Positions 18,501 to 27,411 are shown, counted from the first letter of the stretch. The stretch: DNA of 29,715 bases from Thermodesulfobacteriota bacterium (GCA_034189305.1 JAXHUS010000343.1:1-29715), one strand, 5' to 3'. The notes: a model not told the origin generated them from the letters alone. Numbers and translations are program-made.

Positions 18501-20098
18501 GCTAATTCACCCATTCCCATAACAGAAATGTCCCGGGCAAAAAGTTCAGCCAGCAATTCCATCACGTCTTCTCTTGAAGCAGTTGGTATTTTCAGGAGAT
18601 TGCATACCTCCTGGGAAATAGCCATTGCGCCTGCAACATGCCTCAGGTCGATAAGGCCGGGCTCCAGATTGTCAGGTTCCGCTATGGCCAATTCTAATGC
18701 AATGGCAAGCAACCTTTTCGCCCCTTGAGAGAAGGGAACATAAATCATGGTAACAGGAGCGTAGTCAGGGGAAACTTCTTTTATGGACTTTTTCAATTCC
18801 ATCATTGACATTCCCAGAAACTGAGATAATGTGCCTGCAAGCTCATTAAGCTCAAGGGAGGCCGACAGGAAACACTTTATGCCGATTCCATTTTTATCAA
18901 ATCCATCCTTCCACAAATTGTATAAAAGGTCTTTAAGTCCTTCAGCTCTACCATTAAAAAAGAGAGGTTGTTCTAATTCATCTCCGTCTTTTTTACGTGG
19001 AATAGTACGGTCAGCAGAGGGGATAACCGGGATTCTGTCCGGTATCTGGATATGGGGATTGGAATAAAGCACTACCTGATGACAGTTACCGGTCATTGCT
19101 TCATGTTGTTCAGATAATCTTTTTGCTTCATCTTCCTGTACAAAGAGCATCACACAGGGAGACCGTTTAACAGTCACAATTTCGTCCTTTAATATATTAA
19201 TACAAGTGTTTAGATTATTTAAGGATTTATAGAAGAAATGACCTGTAATTACCACAATGTCGGTTTCATTGTCTGATGCTTTACGTATAATCCGGCGCAG
19301 CTTTTCTTCAGAAAGATGATCTGGTTCATTTATTTGCCGGGGAAGGATAACCTCCACGGCCGTCCATTTTTGTTGATTTTCCCCTCTGTCCGTATCTTGT
19401 CGGGAAATTAACTCACATATCATTGTTTCAAAACATTCACGAACCACTAATTCGTTTTCACCGATAAGTAGCACCGGTTTCATTCTGGAGTGTATAACAT
19501 AACGCTCCAGCGCATGGGCCTGGACTTTTCGAGACGCTAAGGGTTTGATCTGTCCACTGGATGCCAGAAAGACCAGATCACGTTCTTGAAAATCTTCCTG
19601 GTCATAGCGTATGTCATCGGTAACGTCGTTTCCAAACACTTTAACGGAAGTTTCAGCACCCAGTATTTTTTCCAATAAGGCTGAAGGACTTTTTAGAATT
19701 GTACGAAGAAAATGGTTAATAGTCACAAAAGGGGTCTGTTCTTTCAATGATAGTTCTTCGGCTTTTATAAAAATCTGCCTTGCCTCATAGGACCGATGGA
19801 GCACATTGCCTTTGAAGGGTGAACCCCCTTTACCTAAAGCCTTCCTGAGGTTTTTACGTAGAGATGTTGAATCAATTCCCTGATCTTTTAAAACCGCACG
19901 TACATCTCTCAGTTCCTTCTTTATATGTTCCAGCAAATCTGATCCCGGGAATAACTTCTCGAGATACCCGTCCTCAAGTTCCGAGAATTTAAGAATTCCG
20001 GCGAGAAGATGTTCGGGCTGAATATTCCCGAATTCAGCTACTATGGCTTCTCTTGCCGCAAGATTCATTATAACCTCAATGCTGGGGGATAACTTCAT
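15542..20098 (-). CDS. Soluble multidomain AAA+ protease: Clp-N, degenerate ClpA-D1-like region, second Clp-N, ClpA/B-D2 ATPase, receiver-like domain, FtsH-type AAA, peptidase M41
   Basis: Clp-N (EHLLAGILK); Walker A GPPGVGKT (18323-18346) with LLFDEIEKAH; REC-like DFVLLDLW (about 17354); Walker A GHPGTGKT (16676-16699) with ILFIDEIDAIG and SRH LDDALRRRFDR; HEAGH (16031-16045), GGRAAE and TGAAGDL; no obvious transmembrane segment. Confidence 0.9.
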   Translation of the reverse strand: MKLSPSIEVIMNLAAREAIVAEFGNIQPEHLLAGILKFSELEDGYLEKLFPGSDLLEHIKKELRDVRAVLKDQGIDSTSLRKNLRKALGKGGSPFKGNVLHRSYEARQIFIKAEELSLKEQTPFVTINHFLRTILKSPSALLEKILGAETSVKVFGNDVTDDIRYDQEDFQERDLVFLASSGQIKPLASRKVQAHALERYVIHSRMKPVLLIGENELVVRECFETMICELISRQDTDRGENQQKWTAVEVILPRQINEPDHLSEEKLRRIIRKASDNETDIVVITGHFFYKSLNNLNTCINILKDEIVTVKRSPCVMLFVQEDEAKRLSEQHEAMTGNCHQVVLYSNPHIQIPDRIPVIPSADRTIPRKKDGDELEQPLFFNGRAEGLKDLLYNLWKDGFDKNGIGIKCFLSASLELNELAGTLSQFLGMSMMELKKSIKEVSPDYAPVTMIYVPFSQGAKRLLAIALELAIAEPDNLEPGLIDLRHVAGAMAISQEVCNLLKIPTASREDVMELLAELFARDISVMGMGELAHTLKELRSRLQNNIFGQDQAINAFADGLFSAEVVATAETDRNRPKAVFIFSGPPGVGKTYLAECGAKALGRPFQRFDMSSYSDHQVSVHYLTGMQRSYQGANSGRLTGFVNKHPNAVLLFDEIEKAHLDVIHLFLQILDHGVLEDQFTEESISFCDTTIIFTTNAGRQLYEDPNASGVHIANTNFQRKTILNALENEKDQSTGKPFFPQTICSRMAEGYPLMFNHLGVNELERIAATEMKRMAGLLEKQYYKDIEFGPLVPMCIVLREGAASDARTIRSQAESFVKSEMFQISRLFKSERFDSIMENIDRIIFALDSLDTIPGEIKTFMEPQEKPKVVLVADEFLSELWSKHIPEVEWKIANDTPDVLNILSEEEIDFVLLDLWFRQTDQDDVTPSISGETQYQFDHVPAAANVIKKGQELLRMIHEKHPEIPCYLLTFGNKNVVRPGIDDELFHTCVHSGGARGVIETTFLSSETEKWKASLNDFITSLITTAECIFLERKARELASQHKVLTFDTAPYVSNQDRSITVRLRNFRLTRAMDADDVLEILHDVERPTIGFADVYGADAAKLELKYIVNWLKNPRQYSAMGLRPPRGILLYGHPGTGKTMLARALAGECNTTFIVDAATNFVTKYVGSGPENVRNLFIRARRYAPTILFIDEIDAIGRKRGEFGNRAYDETLNAILTEMEGFEAWGKKPVIVIAAANLVEHLDDALRRRFDREIEVDKPDRAARADYLKNRLQGKRGRNVSDEIIKRMAGQSTNMTIAELERVVELAGRKASFGNGVITDQTVEDAFEQIRMGEMKGETDPQTLLRVARHEAGHCLIGWLRGEKPVQITIVARGKTDGFVEREADENRIIYSKSELEGIIRQSMGGRAAEIIYYGDDDGLTTGAAGDLQRATHYAGLMVRDYGMEKGIGQVAINPKNLNDGPLAIKVLESVEKIINSQLIYAIDELRKHRKSLDHLVERLMEKNRLTRNELEIILG

Positions 20099-20716
20099 CA
20101 GTCTATCCTTTCGTGAAGTATATGGGATTTGTATTGAATTTCCCAGACATTGGACAGGAATTTCAGGAGACTTAATATCAAAAAGATATTAGACACATGA
20201 ATTTTTTTGATGATGTTCATTATAAAGGATCCTGACCTTATAATCCTTTGCCAGGTTAATAATGCGGGCGGCACGTTCTTAACATATAATTTTTGTATGG
20301 TTAGGCTACCCTTTTTAATGTTGAGTGTGACCATTGAAGACAAGGTTATTTCCTTAAGTAAATACTTGTTTATGTCAACCTTAAACAAATATATAAATTT
20401 CTATTAGTTAGTCAAGAATTTAATGATATTATGAATAATATTTTAAGGCAGTTATATAATACATTATGTGTTCCTAATCAAGTGACTATAGGCATTATTG
20501 AACTTTATATGGGGATTTGTTAGAAAAAACAGGAAAAATATAGTATGTTATATGAAAAATTAATTTTAAGATCGAATTAATATACCCCAGGATTAACCCA
20601 TTGTAATGTTGACCCTTAACCTTTACAAACAGAAAGTTTTCCAGCGGGGCAAAAAAGGAAGATAAAAGAGTTAAAGTAAAAGAGCAATATAATTTGAATA
20701 AGGAGGCTATTTTCAT

Positions 20717-21718
20717 GTGAATAGAGAGAAAATGAATAAAATGGAAAGGCTTATATCTAACTTTAATAAGGCTAAAATCGGTGTTATAGGCGATATTGTT
20801 GCAGATTTTTACGTCTACGGCAAACCTTTCAAGCTTTCAAGGGAAGCTCCGGTTCTGGTAATTCGCCATGACGGAGAAAAGATTATTCCTGGAAGTGCAG
20901 GAAATACAATTAATAATCTGGCCTGTCTGGAAGCAAATGTATACCCGGTGGGAATTATAGGTAATGATAAAGAAGGGGAAGCAGTTATTAACTGTTTTGC
21001 CGGAAAAAAGGTTGTCCTTTCTGGAATTGTAAAGGATAGATCATGGGTTACTATAAGTAAAACAAGGATAATGGCAGGAGATGACAATACTTCAAAGCAG
21101 CAGGTAATCCGCATAGACAGGGAACCAATGAAAAAGATAACAACAAAAATGGAAAAAAGGATAATTTCCAACTTAAAGGACATTGCCGGTGAGATTGATG
21201 CTTTAATTGTTGCTGATTACAGCTACAATTTAATTACACCTGTTATATTAAAGGAAATTTTAGCAATAGCCAGGAAAAAAATTGTTGTTGTTGACTCCCA
21301 TCATCAACTGAAAGATTTTAAAGGAGTACATATTGTCACTCCCAACCAGGGAGAAGCAGAAGAAGCTACAGGAATAACTATAAAAAATGATCGGGATTTA
21401 GAACAGGCGGGGGAGAAACTGCTAAAAGGTTTAAAAAGCAAGGCTGTTTTAATAACAAGGGGTAATGCAGGAATGGCACTATTTGAAGTCGGAAAAAATA
21501 TGAATAAAATACCCATTTTTGGAAGGGATGATATTACTGATGTAACAGGGGCGGGGGATACTGTGACTTCTGTATTGACCCTAGCGCTGGTAGCTGGAGC
21601 ATCATTAATAAAGGCGGCATATCTTGCAAATTATGGTGCATCTGTTGTAGTTATGAAAAGAGGAACTGCCACTTTAACAGGAGAGGAACTATTAAAAAGA
21701 ATTAAGAAAGATGAATAA
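20717..21718 (+). CDS. D-glycero-beta-D-manno-heptose-7-phosphate kinase (RfaE domain I / HldA-like, PfkB family)
   Basis: SREAPVLV, PGSAGNT, VTPNQGEA and PfkB motif DVTGAGDT; GTG start after an AGGAGG RBS. Confidence 0.9.
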   Translation: MNREKMNKMERLISNFNKAKIGVIGDIVADFYVYGKPFKLSREAPVLVIRHDGEKIIPGSAGNTINNLACLEANVYPVGIIGNDKEGEAVINCFAGKKVVLSGIVKDRSWVTISKTRIMAGDDNTSKQQVIRIDREPMKKITTKMEKRIISNLKDIAGEIDALIVADYSYNLITPVILKEILAIARKKIVVVDSHHQLKDFKGVHIVTPNQGEAEEATGITIKNDRDLEQAGEKLLKGLKSKAVLITRGNAGMALFEVGKNMNKIPIFGRDDITDVTGAGDTVTSVLTLALVAGASLIKAAYLANYGASVVVMKRGTATLTGEELLKRIKKDE

Positions 21719-22196
21719 AATAATACAGAATGAAAAAATTTTGATGGAAACCATTGAAAATTTGAAAGCTTCTGGAAAGACAATAGTTTTTACAAATGGC
21801 TGTTTTAACTTACTTCATGTAGGCCATATAAGAAGCTTAAAGGATGCTAAAAATCTGGGTGATGTGCTAATCGTGGGAGTAAATGATGATAAATCGATTG
21901 AGTATTTAAAACGCGACAAATACCCCCTGATAATTCCCGTTGAAGAGAGAATGGAAATTTTAGCTGCTCTTAGTATGGTAGACTATGTAATCCGATTTTC
22001 TGAATTAAGTGCAGATAATTTACTATTAAAGATCAGGCCGCAAATATATGCAAAAGGTACTGATTATACTAAAGATTCTGTACCTGAAAGGGATACTGTC
22101 CTATCATACGGAGGGGAAATAGAAATTGTAGGGGACCCGAAAGAACATTCAGTAACGGAATTATTTAACATTTTAGGCCGGCAAAAGGGGGCATAA
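21711..22196 (+). CDS. Heptose-1-phosphate adenylyltransferase (RfaE domain II / HldC-like)
   Basis: VFTNGCFNLLHVGH (HxGH), GVNDDKS and KGTDY; overlaps the kinase gene by 8 bp. Confidence 0.9.
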   Translation: MNKIIQNEKILMETIENLKASGKTIVFTNGCFNLLHVGHIRSLKDAKNLGDVLIVGVNDDKSIEYLKRDKYPLIIPVEERMEILAALSMVDYVIRFSELSADNLLLKIRPQIYAKGTDYTKDSVPERDTVLSYGGEIEIVGDPKEHSVTELFNILGRQKGA

Positions 22197-22573
22197 GATT
22201 ATTATTGCCTTGTCTTATAACCTTTAAAACAAAGGTAAGGGGCTTTTGTATAGAGAATCCCATATCTGTATAAAATTTGACCCCAAGGCTTTGCGGTATT
22301 TTCTTGAGGTAAAATCATTATTAGCATAGCCTGTTAATGCCAAATATTAAAAAAAATGCTTAGACATTATTTGATATTTGATATTATTATTAGCTTATAT
22401 GAAAAGAGATAATATAGAAATCAGGAGTCAGAACAAAATGTTTGTAAAATAAATTATGCCAACCCCCCCCTGAATTCCTTCTTCTTGCTACTGTATTTTT
22501 TTTCATGCTTTGTTACGACCATGGGTCATGCAGGTTATTTGAAATGTATTATATAAATAAAAAGGCCGTAAAG

Positions 22574-23068
22574 ATGAATTTCACTGTTTTTATTATGTTT
22601 TTATTGTGCTTGGTTTTAACAATTTTAGCATTCTTGAAAGATCCGCATCTTCCCCTGGAGGGGCTCAAAGAAGGTGGAAACCTTTTTTTAGGTATCCTGC
22701 CTGCTATGATTTTTGCTTTTATAGCTGCAGGAATGATTGGTAAGATACTTCCCCACGAACTTATGACACGTTGGTTAGGCGAAGAATCCGGCCTGCGTGG
22801 TCTTATTGTAGCTACTTTAGCCGGTTCCCTTACACCCGGAGGACCTTTTATTCAATTTCCAATAGTAGCCTCTTTACTAAAGGCAGGGGCTGGAATTGCC
22901 CCGCTCATGGCATATATCAGTGCATGGTCTCTTCTTGGACTTAATCGTTTTATTGTTTATGAACTGCCAATCCTGGGATGGAAGATTTCCCTTTTTCGTA
23001 TGGGAGTGAGTATGATTTTTCCGATTCTTATAGGTGTACTCACTCGCATTTTATGGGCTCGATTATAA
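22574..23068 (+). CDS. Predicted permease (DUF318-like), single short member
   Basis: Hydrophobic helices, WLGEESGLRG and LTPGGPF..FPIVASLLKAGAG. Start moved from 22505 to the in-frame ATG at 22574, where the family-like sequence begins. Confidence 0.75.
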   Translation: MNFTVFIMFLLCLVLTILAFLKDPHLPLEGLKEGGNLFLGILPAMIFAFIAAGMIGKILPHELMTRWLGEESGLRGLIVATLAGSLTPGGPFIQFPIVASLLKAGAGIAPLMAYISAWSLLGLNRFIVYELPILGWKISLFRMGVSMIFPILIGVLTRILWARL

Positions 23069-23146
23069 AAGGGTAAAATTACGACATAATTAAATTTGCA
23101 TTTTCTAATGCAAACCATTTTATCTATTTTGTAAAAAATTTAAAAT

Positions 23147-24460
23147 ATGCCGATAAAAACAAAACTTGAGCTTCAATGGAAAATTCTTATAGGCATTACT
23201 GCAGGTATCCTTCTGGGCATTATATTTAATAAGGCCTTTGGACAGGAAATCCAATATGGTCCTGTAATTATTCTCAAGCTCTTTTTTAAATACGGTGGAG
23301 ATATCTTTATTCGTTTACTCTGGATGTTAATCATACCCCTGGTCTTTGCTTCCATATTCATGGCGATCCTTAACATGGGAGACATTAGAAAAATAGGTAG
23401 AATTGGGGGAGTGACCATAGTATATTATTTAGTCACAACCGGACTTGCGGTTTTAATAGGTCTTATCCTGGTAAATTTCACCCATCCAGGTCGGGGGGTT
23501 GAGAAAAAGGCCTTTCAAGATTTAAAAACAAATACATCAATTTCCAAACAGGTATCCAAAGGAGGTTTAGGAGAAAAAAGCAATACAATTATCATAACAG
23601 AAACACTGGTAAATATGATACCCAAAAATCCCATAGGGGCAATGGCAAGGGGTGATATTCTCCAGGTTATCTTCTTTACAATCTTCTTCGCTGTGGCAGC
23701 TGCAATAGTTGGAAAGGAATCCGAACCATTAACCGGTGTAATCAATGCTCTGGATCATATAATGCAAAGGGCTGTATCTATTATAATGATAATTGCTCCG
23801 TACTGTATATTTCTTCTGGTTACTTCCATCTTTATGGATATTGGGGTTCAAGCTTTAGCCACTCTGATCAAGTATGCCCTGACTGTTCTTCTGGGCCTGC
23901 TTATTCATGCCGGTATCACCTTGCCTTTGCTTGTTTTGTTTATAGGCAGGTATAATCCCATTAAACTTGCAAAAGCCTTATCCCCTGCCATATTAACAGC
24001 CTGGTCTACGGCATCAAGCGCTGCGACCCTACCCTTAACAATGCATTGCCTTTCAAAACGTGCCGGGGTAGACCATAGGATTGGCAATTTTGTATTGCCC
24101 CTTGGTGCTACCATTAATATGGATGGTACAGCATTATATGAATCTGTTGCAGCAATCTTTATTGCGGAATTAATGGGAATCAACTTAACAATAGGAACAC
24201 AACTGGTTATTTTTATTACTGCAACACTTGCCGCAATCGGAGCTGCTGCCATTCCAGGGGCAGGGCTTGTAACCATGGGAATAGTGCTCACAGCAGCAGG
24301 ATTACCCCTTGAAGGGATTGGGCTGATTCTTGCAGTTGACCGTATCCTTGATCAATTTAGAACCGCAGTAAATGTTTGGGGAGACGCCACTGCTGGTGTA
24401 GTTGTGGGGCGACTGGGAAAAATTGACTTAATTGATAACAAAGGGGGGACATACAAATAA
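23147..24460 (+). CDS. Dicarboxylate/amino acid:cation symporter (DAACS, GltP-like)
   Basis: Signature motifs STASSAATLP, LPLGATINMDG, GAAAIPGAG and DRILDQFRTAVNVWGD. Confidence 0.93.
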   Translation: MPIKTKLELQWKILIGITAGILLGIIFNKAFGQEIQYGPVIILKLFFKYGGDIFIRLLWMLIIPLVFASIFMAILNMGDIRKIGRIGGVTIVYYLVTTGLAVLIGLILVNFTHPGRGVEKKAFQDLKTNTSISKQVSKGGLGEKSNTIIITETLVNMIPKNPIGAMARGDILQVIFFTIFFAVAAAIVGKESEPLTGVINALDHIMQRAVSIIMIIAPYCIFLLVTSIFMDIGVQALATLIKYALTVLLGLLIHAGITLPLLVLFIGRYNPIKLAKALSPAILTAWSTASSAATLPLTMHCLSKRAGVDHRIGNFVLPLGATINMDGTALYESVAAIFIAELMGINLTIGTQLVIFITATLAAIGAAAIPGAGLVTMGIVLTAAGLPLEGIGLILAVDRILDQFRTAVNVWGDATAGVVVGRLGKIDLIDNKGGTYK

Positions 24461-24858
24461 TCACTATTTATAAAGATCAAGGTAATGCAAAAAAGCAATT
24501 AAAAGGGCAAATGACTATGTGAATATTGTCTCATCCAGATAAGACCAAGCATCCGATTCAATTTTTAGACCTTTTAATTTGTGCCGGGCCGGGGGATGCT
24601 ATTAATGTACTAAAATAGTAATGATAATAAGAAGGATTTGCATAAAAAATATTTGACTATATATATATTTTAAATGTAAATATAGAAGCCGGAATACAGA
24701 AGTTAGAACAAAGGGTTTGTAAAAGAAATTATTCCGATTTCCCCATGAAATCTGTCTTCTATCTTCTGTATCCTTTTTTCATGCCTGGTTGTAACCGTAG
24801 GCCATGGAGGGTATTAATATTTCTTTTGCAGTTGAAAAGTTCTAATAGCCATAAAACT

Positions 24859-25863
24859 ATGATTCCTGAAGTTGAGAAAAAGATAGTATCAATTTTAAGG
24901 GTACTAAAAGAATCCAGAGAGCCTGTGGGCGCACGGGTGCTTTCCCGAAAGTTACAGGAGTTCGGCGTTAACCTTTCTGAAAGGGCTGTCAGGTATCATC
25001 TAAAAATAATGGACGAAAAGGGGCTTACAACTCTTGAGGGAAAGAGAAATGGGAGGGTAATAACTAAACAAGGGATAGATGAAATAAAAAATGCTCGGGT
25101 TGGTGACAAGATTGGCTTTGCCATATCCCGAATTGAGATTCTTTCTTTTAAAACAACCTTTGACCCTGAAAAGAAAAGGGGACTTATTCCTGTAAACATC
25201 TCCTTATTCCCGCGAGAGAAGTTTAAAAGGGCACTTAAAGCAATGAAACCCGCTTTTTTCAAAGGTATTTGTATTAGTGATTTTATAGCAGTTGCCCATG
25301 AAGGTGAAAAACTTGGCGATATAACCGTGCCTGAAGGAAATGTGGGGCTTGCTACCGTATGCAGCATTATAATAAACGGTACTTTACTTAAAGCCGGTAT
25401 TCCTATGGATTCCAGGTTCGGCGGAATATTGCAGGTAAAAGATAAAAGGCCGTTACGGTTTGTGGAGCTTATCCATTATACCGGATCTTCCCTGGATCCT
25501 TCCGAAGCCTTCATAAGGGGTAAAATGACTTCTGTAAGAGATGTGGTGAAAAAAGGGGAAGGGAAAATACTGGCAAATTTCAGGGAAATACCTTCAATCT
25601 GTTATACCCTGGTGGAAGAGGTGTTGGAGAAGCTGAAAGGCGCTGGTATCGGAGGGATTATTATGATCGGGGATGTAAGCGAACCGGTTTGCGAGATACC
25701 TGTAGATTTGAACAAGGCTGGTATGATCCTGGCAGGCGGATTAAATCCTGTTGCTTATGTTCAGGAGATGGGAATAGAATCGGAAAACCTTGCTATGAGT
25801 ACCTTGATTGATTACGGTAAAATGATAAGGTACCCTGAGTTCCTGAAGGAATTTTCCCCTTGA
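24859..25863 (+). CDS. NrpR-family nitrogen regulator (wHTH plus one NRD/DUF128 domain), paralogue 1
   Basis: wHTH LSERAVRYHL; NRD motifs TVCSI, SRFGG, GSSLDP, ANFRE and GGLNP. Start set at M39 of the tracked ORF by alignment with the paralogue. Confidence 0.88.
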   Translation: MIPEVEKKIVSILRVLKESREPVGARVLSRKLQEFGVNLSERAVRYHLKIMDEKGLTTLEGKRNGRVITKQGIDEIKNARVGDKIGFAISRIEILSFKTTFDPEKKRGLIPVNISLFPREKFKRALKAMKPAFFKGICISDFIAVAHEGEKLGDITVPEGNVGLATVCSIIINGTLLKAGIPMDSRFGGILQVKDKRPLRFVELIHYTGSSLDPSEAFIRGKMTSVRDVVKKGEGKILANFREIPSICYTLVEEVLEKLKGAGIGGIIMIGDVSEPVCEIPVDLNKAGMILAGGLNPVAYVQEMGIESENLAMSTLIDYGKMIRYPEFLKEFSP

Positions 25864-25970
25864 TAATTTTTTGTTCACACATTTGTGGTATATCTTTATC
25901 CCCTATAGAAGCCACCAGGGAGTGGTAGTAACAGCTGATTCTTTCCCAACAATATCTTCTTCTCTGTATA

Positions 25971-26004
25971 TAATCCGAAAAATGTGTTTGCATTTTTCGG
26001 ATTA
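25971..26004. terminator. Probable bidirectional terminator between the convergent nrpR paralogues
   Basis: TAATCCGAAAAATG-tgtttg-CATTTTTCGGATTA: perfect 14-bp stem. Confidence 0.7.
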
Positions 26005-26068
26005 ATAGGTGATAAATGTTGCTTTTAAATTTTCTGTGTACCAGGTTATCTGAAATATTAAAGTCTGA

Positions 26069-27076
26069 TCAGTTCAGCCTATTAATACGGGAGTCAAATT
26101 CTTTATAATGAAACAAATTACTATAATCCGTTAACCCGGCCAGGGCTCTGGAATGTACCCTGATACCTGTTTCTTCCAGAATTGCCACAGGGTTTAATCC
26201 ACCTATCACGACAGCCCCTACCTGTCCCTCACTAACAGGTATCTCAAGAACCGGCTGTCCGGGCCATCCTATAATCATAAAGCCTCCGAGACCGATTTTT
26301 TCAAGTTTTCTTGCAAGCTCAATGACCTGATCCCTGCTTTCTCCCGGTACTTCTCTAAAACCTGCCCCGATACGGCCATTTCCTGTTATAGTTGCGCCGG
26401 TATAATCAGTCATCCCGCTTCTTATAAAAATTTCAAGGGGGTCTAAACTTGTTCCGTCGTAGTTGATTATTTCCGCAAATCTTAAAGGTTTTTTCTCTTT
26501 AAGTTCTAAAAGGGCTCCAAATCTTGAGATAGTGGGGATGCCGTGATGAAGAAGCACTCCGTTAAGGGTTATGGAGCATACTGTGCCGATTCCTACCATT
26601 CCTTCAGGAACAGGTATTTCACCAATATGCTCGCCCGGTCCCAGAAGAGACAAGAGTTCTCCCATGGCATAGCCTTCTTCAAACACCCTCTTTATAAGAG
26701 GAACAGCTATCTTAAGCTTTTCTTTCTCAATTATACTCAGGTTAATCACTACCGTACCTGTTTTTGCTGCAAGATCAAAATTCATCCGGTAGGTCATCTG
26801 GTCGATTTTGGCTGATAGAAACCCAACTTTTTCAATTATCCTTGCAGTTTCAAGTTCTTTTTGCCCTGGGGCTGTTATACGCCTGCCCCTTCGGCCAAAA
26901 TTTTCAGTGAATCCCGCTTTATCCATAGCCAGAAGATGAAAACGCACGGTGCGTTCACTGATATCATGTCCCATTGCCATAAGCCGTTCTGTAATTTCCG
27001 GGCTGCCAAGGGGTTTGTCATTTTCCTTTAGAAGCCTCAGAATTGCCAGTCGTTTTTTCTCGGTTTTTTCCCTCAT
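26069..27076 (-). CDS. NrpR-family nitrogen regulator (wHTH plus one NRD/DUF128 domain), paralogue 2
   Basis: ISERTVRFHL, TVCSI, SRFGA, GTSLDP, AGFRE and GGLNP. Confidence 0.88.
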   Translation of the reverse strand: MREKTEKKRLAILRLLKENDKPLGSPEITERLMAMGHDISERTVRFHLLAMDKAGFTENFGRRGRRITAPGQKELETARIIEKVGFLSAKIDQMTYRMNFDLAAKTGTVVINLSIIEKEKLKIAVPLIKRVFEEGYAMGELLSLLGPGEHIGEIPVPEGMVGIGTVCSITLNGVLLHHGIPTISRFGALLELKEKKPLRFAEIINYDGTSLDPLEIFIRSGMTDYTGATITGNGRIGAGFREVPGESRDQVIELARKLEKIGLGGFMIIGWPGQPVLEIPVSEGQVGAVVIGGLNPVAILEETGIRVHSRALAGLTDYSNLFHYKEFDSRINRLN

Positions 27077-27411
27077 TAGTTAAACCTTTACTATTAGTGT
27101 TGCCGATAGTCAATTACTAAAATAATAATTTTGCCAATATAAATTATAATAAATTATTGCTAAAAAATGGGCAAGGACAGAAAAAAACTATATTCATAGT
27201 ACTAAAAAGACAAAGTAATAAACTTATTTTATATATCCTTTCGAGCAATGGCATTTATCTTTCCATTAAAATCGTTTTCTTTAATTTAATTAATATGCCA
27301 GCGTTATCGAAAAGGCTCATAAATCACTGACCTGACTCTATTGGCTCCAACGCTTGATTCTAAAGGATTATCTCTGAAATTTCTTTCTAATTTGGTAATC
27401 CTTAATCTTCA

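Noticed and set aside
16130-19067. Plus-strand ORFs of 60-210 aa inside the protease gene
   Set aside because: Antisense shadows with no motifs; the minus-strand frame has intact ATPase and peptidase signatures.
15441-20600. AGGAT..TTAACCCA near both ends of the protease region as possible att/direct repeats
   Set aside because: Only 8 bp plus a gapped 5 bp match, and no integrase is present; not significant.
21741-21770. GCFNLLH instead of the usual GCFDLLH in the HldC-like protein
   Set aside because: A single substitution with HxGH intact; not enough to claim altered function.
22505-22573. N-terminal extension of the tracked permease ORF
   Set aside because: Non-family sequence; a downstream in-frame ATG marks the start of the membrane domain.
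24745-24858. N-terminal extension of the tracked nrpR ORF
   Set aside because: It overlaps the leader hairpin and has no counterpart in the paralogue.
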